Source: Comamonadaceae bacterium | GTDB taxonomy: Bacteria > Pseudomonadota > Gammaproteobacteria > Burkholderiales > Burkholderiaceae_C | Reading direction: 5' to 3' | NCBI GenBank assembly: GCA_947450765.1 | Contig: CANFXC010000002.1 | Location: 21,094 to 85,093 of the forward strand | Length of the DNA stretch: 64,000 nucleotides | Part shown: positions 59,087 to 64,000 of the stretch, in pieces | Layout of the letters: each line of letters begins with the position of its first letter | How positions within the stretch are numbered: the stretch's first letter is position 1 | Made by a program: the position numbers and the translations under genes | Notes under the pieces: generated by a model | The model's database searches: none | Told to the model about the DNA's origin: nothing | The model's input: only the letters and a program-made list of their open reading frames with translations

Positions 59087-60892
59087 ATGTACCAATACAC
59101 CGAATTTGACCGCCAGTTCGTCCAAGCGCGAGCGGACCAGTACCGTGACCAGCTCACGCGCTGGCAAGCCGGCACACTGTCTGAAGACGAATTCAAACCG
59201 CTGCGCCTGCAAAACGGCTGGTATGTGCAACGTTACGCGCCGATGTTGCGTGTGGCCGTGCCTTACGGCGAACTCTCCAGCGCACAGGTCCGGGTGTTGG
59301 CCAAAATCGCCCGCGACTATGACCAACCGAATGCAGCGCTGTTCAAAGACGCCCAAGCCAAACAAGATTTGCTCGGCCCGGTGCTGACCGGCGGTTTGTC
59401 TATCGGCTCCAAGCTGACAGCCGGCTACGCCCACTTCACGACGCGCCAGAACATTCAGTACAACTGGATTCCGCTCGACAAATCAGCCGATGTGATGGAC
59501 CTGCTGGCCAGCGTCGACATGCATGGCATTCAGACCAGCGGCAACTGCATCCGCAACATCACCAGCGATGAACGTGCCGGCATTGCCGCTGACGAAATTG
59601 CAGACCCACGGCCGTTTGGCGAAATCCTGCGCCAGTGGAGCACGCTGCACCCAGAGTTCGCTTTTTTGCCGCGCAAGTTCAAAATCGCCATCAGCGGCGC
59701 CCGTGAAGACCGCGCGGCCACTGCCTGGCATGACGTCGGCCTGCACCTGATCCGCAACGCCGAAGGCGAGCTCGGCTTCAAAGTGTTGGTCGGTGGCGGC
59801 ATGGGCCGAACCCCGATCATCGGCACCGTCATTCGCGAATTCCTGCCGTGGCACCAGGTGATGAACTTCATCGAGGCCATCATCCGCGTCTACAACCGCT
59901 ACGGCCGCCGCGACAACATTTACAAGGCCCGTATCAAAATTTTGGTCAAAGCCGAAGGCCAGCGCTACATCGATGACGTCGAAGCCGAATACCGCCAAAT
60001 CATGGAACACGATGGCGGTCCGCACACTATTTCGCAGGCTGAACTCGACCGTGTCACGGCCTGCTTCGTGCCGCCATCCTTAAGCTGCGACCGCAAGAGC
60101 GCCGACGCCAAAATCGCCAACATCCTGCGCGCCGCCGCTGAGGACGACATCGAGTTTGGCCGTTGGCTCAAGCAAAACGTCACATCGCACAAGAACCCAG
60201 ATTTACGCGCTGTGACCTTGTCGTTCAAACGCATAGGCCAAGCGCCCGGCGACGCTACGGCAGACCAGCTGGACAAGGCCGCTGAGTTGGCGGATGCCTT
60301 CAGCGCCGGCGAATTGCGCGTCACGCACGACCAAAACTTGCTGCTGCCGTGGGTCGCCTGCGACCAGTTGCCGGAGCTCTGGCGTGCTGCCCGCAAGGCC
60401 GGTTTTGCCCGCCCAAACATCCGCCTGCTGACCGACATGATCGCCTGCCCCGGCGGCGATTTTTGCTCGTTGGCGAATGCCCGCTCGATCCCGATTGCGG
60501 AGGCCATCACCGAGCGCTACCAGGACATGGACGAGCTGCACGACTTGGGCGAGATCGACCTGCACATCAGCGGTTGCATCAACTCCTGCGGCCATCACCA
60601 CAGCGGTCACATCGGCATTTTGGGCGTCGACAAAGACGGCTTGGAGTGGTATCAAGTGTCGCTGGGCGGCTCAGACGGCTCAGCCCTGAGCGGTGATCCG
60701 CTGCCGGGCAAAGTCGTCGGCCCGTCGTTCACGGCATCTGAAGTACCAGAAGTCATTGAAGCGGTGCTGGAGACCTATCGCCAACAACGCACGTCTGGCG
60801 AAACCTTCATTGCCACGCTGCGCCGCGTCGGCATGGAGCCGTACAAAGCCGCCGCCAAAAACGCACGCATTGCCGTGGTCGAACAGGCTTGA
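59087..60892 (+). CDS. cysI: Sulfite reductase hemoprotein (siroheme, 4Fe-4S)
   Basis: RLQNG, HFTTRQN, LPRKFK, ACPGGDFCSLA, SGCINSCG. Confidence 0.92.
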   Translation: MYQYTEFDRQFVQARADQYRDQLTRWQAGTLSEDEFKPLRLQNGWYVQRYAPMLRVAVPYGELSSAQVRVLAKIARDYDQPNAALFKDAQAKQDLLGPVLTGGLSIGSKLTAGYAHFTTRQNIQYNWIPLDKSADVMDLLASVDMHGIQTSGNCIRNITSDERAGIAADEIADPRPFGEILRQWSTLHPEFAFLPRKFKIAISGAREDRAATAWHDVGLHLIRNAEGELGFKVLVGGGMGRTPIIGTVIREFLPWHQVMNFIEAIIRVYNRYGRRDNIYKARIKILVKAEGQRYIDDVEAEYRQIMEHDGGPHTISQAELDRVTACFVPPSLSCDRKSADAKIANILRAAAEDDIEFGRWLKQNVTSHKNPDLRAVTLSFKRIGQAPGDATADQLDKAAELADAFSAGELRVTHDQNLLLPWVACDQLPELWRAARKAGFARPNIRLLTDMIACPGGDFCSLANARSIPIAEAITERYQDMDELHDLGEIDLHISGCINSCGHHHSGHIGILGVDKDGLEWYQVSLGGSDGSALSGDPLPGKVVGPSFTASEVPEVIEAVLETYRQQRTSGETFIATLRRVGMEPYKAAAKNARIAVVEQA

Positions 60893-60914
60893 AGACAGTT
60901 TGAAAGTAAGCACC

Positions 60915-61325
60915 ATGAAATTACTCACCACCCACGACAACGCTGAAGTCAACGCCACTGAACTGCCGGGCACTGTGGTTTTCGCCAACGATGCCGACCC
61001 GATGGACTTGCCGCTGGACGGCGTCAAACGCATCGACCTGCACTTTCCGAAGTTCACCGACGGCCGCGCTTACAGCCAAGCTTTCTTGCTGCGCCGCCGG
61101 CGTGAATTCACCGGCGAGATTCGTGCCACCGGCGACGTGCTGGTGGACCAGCTCGCCCAAATGGAACGCAGCGGCTTTGACGTCGCGGTGTTGCGTGCCG
61201 ACCAGCCGCTTGACGTGGCGCAGCGCGTGCTTGCCAGTTACCCCGGCTACGGCGTGGGCCGCTACCAAGGCGACGCGGTCCAGATCGCGCCGCACTTTGC
61301 ACAAACGGAAAGCGCCAGCGCATGA
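60915..61325 (+). CDS. DUF934 family protein
   Basis: FPKFTDGRAYSQA, GEIRATGDVLVDQ...RSGFD. Directly after cysI. Confidence 0.9.
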   Translation: MKLLTTHDNAEVNATELPGTVVFANDADPMDLPLDGVKRIDLHFPKFTDGRAYSQAFLLRRRREFTGEIRATGDVLVDQLAQMERSGFDVAVLRADQPLDVAQRVLASYPGYGVGRYQGDAVQIAPHFAQTESASA

Positions 61326-62113
61326 GTGCAGTGTCCCTTTACTCCAAAGCATCGCCGGACTTTGACACCAAGCTCGCCGAAACCATTGCCCTGCTCAAAC
61401 GTGCGGCGCAAGAATTTTCGCCCTTGACGCAAGCCTCCAGCTTGGGGGCTGAAGACATGGTCATCACCCACTTGCTGGCTGAGCACAAGATCGATTGCAG
61501 CATTTTTGTGCTGGAAACCGGCATGTTGCACCCGCAAACGGTGGCGATGATTGGCCGCATTGAGGCGCGCTACGCCCGCCCGGTTGAAGCCTATCGCCCG
61601 GTGGCCGAAGCCGCCGCTGAATTCGTCAGCACACATGGCGACAAAGCCATGTACCAGAGCGTTGACCTGCGCAAAGCCTGCTGCGGCATCCGCAAGATGG
61701 AGCCGCTGTCACGTGCACTGGCTGGCAAAAAAGGCTGGCTGACCGGCCTGCGCCGCGAGCAGTCGAATGCTAGAGCCGAAGTCGAGTTCATTGAGAACGA
61801 GTTGGTCGGTGAACCAGGTGAAAGAGCCAAAGTCAACCCGCTGGCGCGCTGGACGGCCGGCGACGTTTGGCATTTCATCGGCGTCAACAACATTCTCTAC
61901 AACCCGCTGCACGACGAATTTTTCCCGAGTATCGGCTGCGCGCCTTGCACCCGCGCCGTCACGCTGGGCGAAGACATTCGCTCCGGCCGCTGGTGGTGGG
62001 AACAAGAAAGCGCCAAAGAGTGCGGCCTGCATGTGTCTGACAGCGCCGAAGGTCAGTCTTCCTCCCTTTCAACAATTTCATCCATCATTCCTATCAAAGA
62101 GGTCTCCGCGTGA
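61322..62113 (+). CDS. cysH: APS/PAPS reductase (Fe-S, APS-type motifs)
   Basis: CCGIRK, TGLRREQS, SIGCAPCT, RSGRW, KECGLH. Confidence 0.93.
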   Translation: MSAVSLYSKASPDFDTKLAETIALLKRAAQEFSPLTQASSLGAEDMVITHLLAEHKIDCSIFVLETGMLHPQTVAMIGRIEARYARPVEAYRPVAEAAAEFVSTHGDKAMYQSVDLRKACCGIRKMEPLSRALAGKKGWLTGLRREQSNARAEVEFIENELVGEPGERAKVNPLARWTAGDVWHFIGVNNILYNPLHDEFFPSIGCAPCTRAVTLGEDIRSGRWWWEQESAKECGLHVSDSAEGQSSSLSTISSIIPIKEVSA

Positions 62114-63066
62114 ACGCTAGAGCCGAAGCCCCTGTGCTGAGTCAGCCACATCCGCAGCTGAGCAATGCCCATCTCGACGCCTTGGAAGAAGAAGCGATCT
62201 TCATCCTGCGTGAAGTCGCCGCCGCTTTCGAGCGCCCGACCCTGCTTTTTTCTGGCGGCAAAGACTCGCTGGTGTTGCTCAAATGCGCTGAAAAAGCCTT
62301 TGTCGACAGCACCCGTGGCGGCCACATTCCCTACCCGTTGTTGATGATCGACACCGGCCACAACTTCCCTGAAGTGACGGCTTTTCGCGACTACCGGGCG
62401 AAGCAGCTCGGCGCCAATCTGATTGTCCGCAACGTCGAAGATTCGATGAAGCGCGGCACCGTTCGGCTGGCGCATCCGGGCGAGTCGCGCAATGTTCACC
62501 AGTCGGTCACCTTGCTTGAAGCGATTGAAGAGTTTCGCTTTGACGCCCTGATAGGCGGTGCCCGCCGTGACGAAGAAAAAGCCCGCGCCAAGGAGCGGAT
62601 TTTTTCGCACCGTGATGCCTTCGGCCAATGGCAGCCCAAAGCCCAACGGCCAGAGCTGTGGAACCTGTTCAACACGCGCTTGCAGCCGGGTGAGCACTTT
62701 CGCGTGTTCCCGATTTCCAACTGGACTGAACTCGACGTCTGGCAATACATCGAGCGCGAACAAATCGAACTGCCGTCGCTGTATTACGCGCACCAACGCA
62801 CGGTGGTGGAGCGCAAAGGACTGCTGGTGCCGGTGACCGAACTGACGCCTTTGAAAGCGGGTGAAACCGCAGTCGATAAAACCGTGCGCTTTCGCACCTT
62901 GGGCGACATCACCTGCACTTGCCCGGTCGAAAGCCCCGCCGCCAACCCGGCTGAAGTGGTGCTGGAAACGCTGACCGCCGACGTCAGCGAGCGCGGTGCC
63001 ACCCGCATGGACGACAAGACTTCCGACGCCTCGATGGAGAAGCGCAAAAAAGAGGGTTATTTCTGA
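62110..63066 (+). CDS. cysD: Sulfate adenylyltransferase subunit 2
   Basis: FSGGKDS, GGARRDEEKARAKER, RVFPISNW, RFRTLG, MEKRKKEGYF. Confidence 0.96.
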   Translation: MNARAEAPVLSQPHPQLSNAHLDALEEEAIFILREVAAAFERPTLLFSGGKDSLVLLKCAEKAFVDSTRGGHIPYPLLMIDTGHNFPEVTAFRDYRAKQLGANLIVRNVEDSMKRGTVRLAHPGESRNVHQSVTLLEAIEEFRFDALIGGARRDEEKARAKERIFSHRDAFGQWQPKAQRPELWNLFNTRLQPGEHFRVFPISNWTELDVWQYIEREQIELPSLYYAHQRTVVERKGLLVPVTELTPLKAGETAVDKTVRFRTLGDITCTCPVESPAANPAEVVLETLTADVSERGATRMDDKTSDASMEKRKKEGYF

Positions 63067-64000
63067 TGAGCACGATTCTTCAAGCCAGCAACCCTGATGT
63101 TGCCAATACTGAGCAAGACACCCGCGCAGCCCTGCGCTTTGTCACTTGTGGCAGCGTTGACGACGGCAAGAGCACGCTGATCGGCCGCCTGTTGGTGGAC
63201 TCCCGCGCTGTGCTGCAAGACCAGCTGGCCAGCGTGCAGCGCAGCGGCAAGGTCGACCTGGCCTTGCTGACCGACGGCCTGCAAGCAGAGCGCGAGCAAG
63301 GCATCACGATTGACGTGGCCTACCGCTACTTCAACACCGTCGCCCGCAAATTCATCATTGCCGACGCGCCCGGCCACGAGCAATACACCCGCAACATGGT
63401 CACGGCAGCGTCCAGCGCCGACGCGGCCGTGGTGCTGGTCGACGCCACCAAACTTGACTGGCAGTCCGCCCTGCCGAATCTGTTGCCGCAAACCCGCCGC
63501 CATTCGTTGCTGGTGAAATTGCTGCGCGTGCCGTCGATCGTCTTTGCCGTCAACAAACTCGACGCCGTCGAAGACCCTGCGCTGGCGTTTGAACACATCA
63601 GCGCAGCGCTGCGGCAGTTCACGCAAGACGCCGGCATCACCGCGCACGCCATCGTGCCGGTGTCGGCCCTGATTGGCTTTAACGTGGTGGACGCCAACCC
63701 CGGTTGGTGCAACTACCAAGGTCCGGCCTTGCTGGCCATCTTGGAGCAGCTGTCGGCCACCCCCGCCGACACCGCCCAGCCTTTCAGCTTTCCGGTGCAA
63801 TGGGTCGAGAAGTTTTCATCCAGCGCCGACACCTCGCAAGGACGGCGTATTTTCTGGGGCCGCATCGCCAGCGGCGCGGTGCAAGTCGGCCAGAGCGTGA
63901 GCGTCTTGCCCGGCGGAAAAAGCGCTGTGGTAGCCGAGGTGCTGGACCATGCTCGCTCGCCGAAGTCGGTGCGTGCAGGCCACAGTGCCGGCATCATCTT
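63066..64000 (+). CDS. cysN: Sulfate adenylyltransferase subunit 1, runs off the right edge
   Basis: Manual translation from ATG 63066: ...LRFVTCGSVDDGKSTLIGRLL, EREQGITIDVAYRYF, DAPGHEQYTRNM, VNKLD. Confidence 0.95.
   Translation, partial: MSTILQASNPDVANTEQDTRAALRFVTCGSVDDGKSTLIGRLLVDSRAVLQDQLASVQRSGKVDLALLTDGLQAEREQGITIDVAYRYFNTVARKFIIADAPGHEQYTRNMVTAASSADAAVVLVDATKLDWQSALPNLLPQTRRHSLLVKLLRVPSIVFAVNKLDAVEDPALAFEHISAALRQFTQDAGITAHAIVPVSALIGFNVVDANPGWCNYQGPALLAILEQLSATPADTAQPFSFPVQWVEKFSSSADTSQGRRIFWGRIASGAVQVGQSVSVLPGGKSAVVAEVLDHARSPKSVRAGHSAGII

Overview
Core chromosomal segment of a GC-rich betaproteobacterium. The gene order and protein sequences suggest Comamonadaceae (Rhodoferax/Polaromonas-like); this is an inference. 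It is densely coding, with about 57 genes: yebC-purD-hemF-nadD-rsfS-rlmH-maf-rng; upp; trhO-GST; clpS-clpA; cbpA/clpB; a MarR/TctC/flavin-monooxygenase module; moaED-moeA-mobB; alaA-hom-thrC; bcp; PIN-PhoH (PhoH2); phaR; cvrA; gdx/sugE; a solo livJ/K; pepA-holC; lptFG-cbiX-cysB-aminotransferase; hrpA/argA; dsbB; yggX; mnmC; and a TSUP-cysI-DUF934-cysH-cysD-cysN sulfate assimilation operon running off the right edge. I saw no rRNA, tRNA, CRISPR array, integrase or transposase. Best leads: (1) a three-gene alpha/beta-hydrolase, phosphoribosyltransferase and erythromycin-esterase-like operon that mirrors domains fused in mycobacterial dormancy proteins; (2) RsfS fused to a ~170-aa histone-H1-like tail; (3) a PhoH2 leader with a Pho-box-like site, an unannotated 30-codon uORF and an internal terminator; (4) a palindromic repeat inserted in frame in hrpA; (5) a CGTC-tagged REP-like element with 23-bp-period duplications; (6) MnmC with a degenerate methyltransferase domain; (7) a variant guanidine-II-like hairpin upstream of gdx. 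All calls come from motif recognition by eye; no database searches were run.
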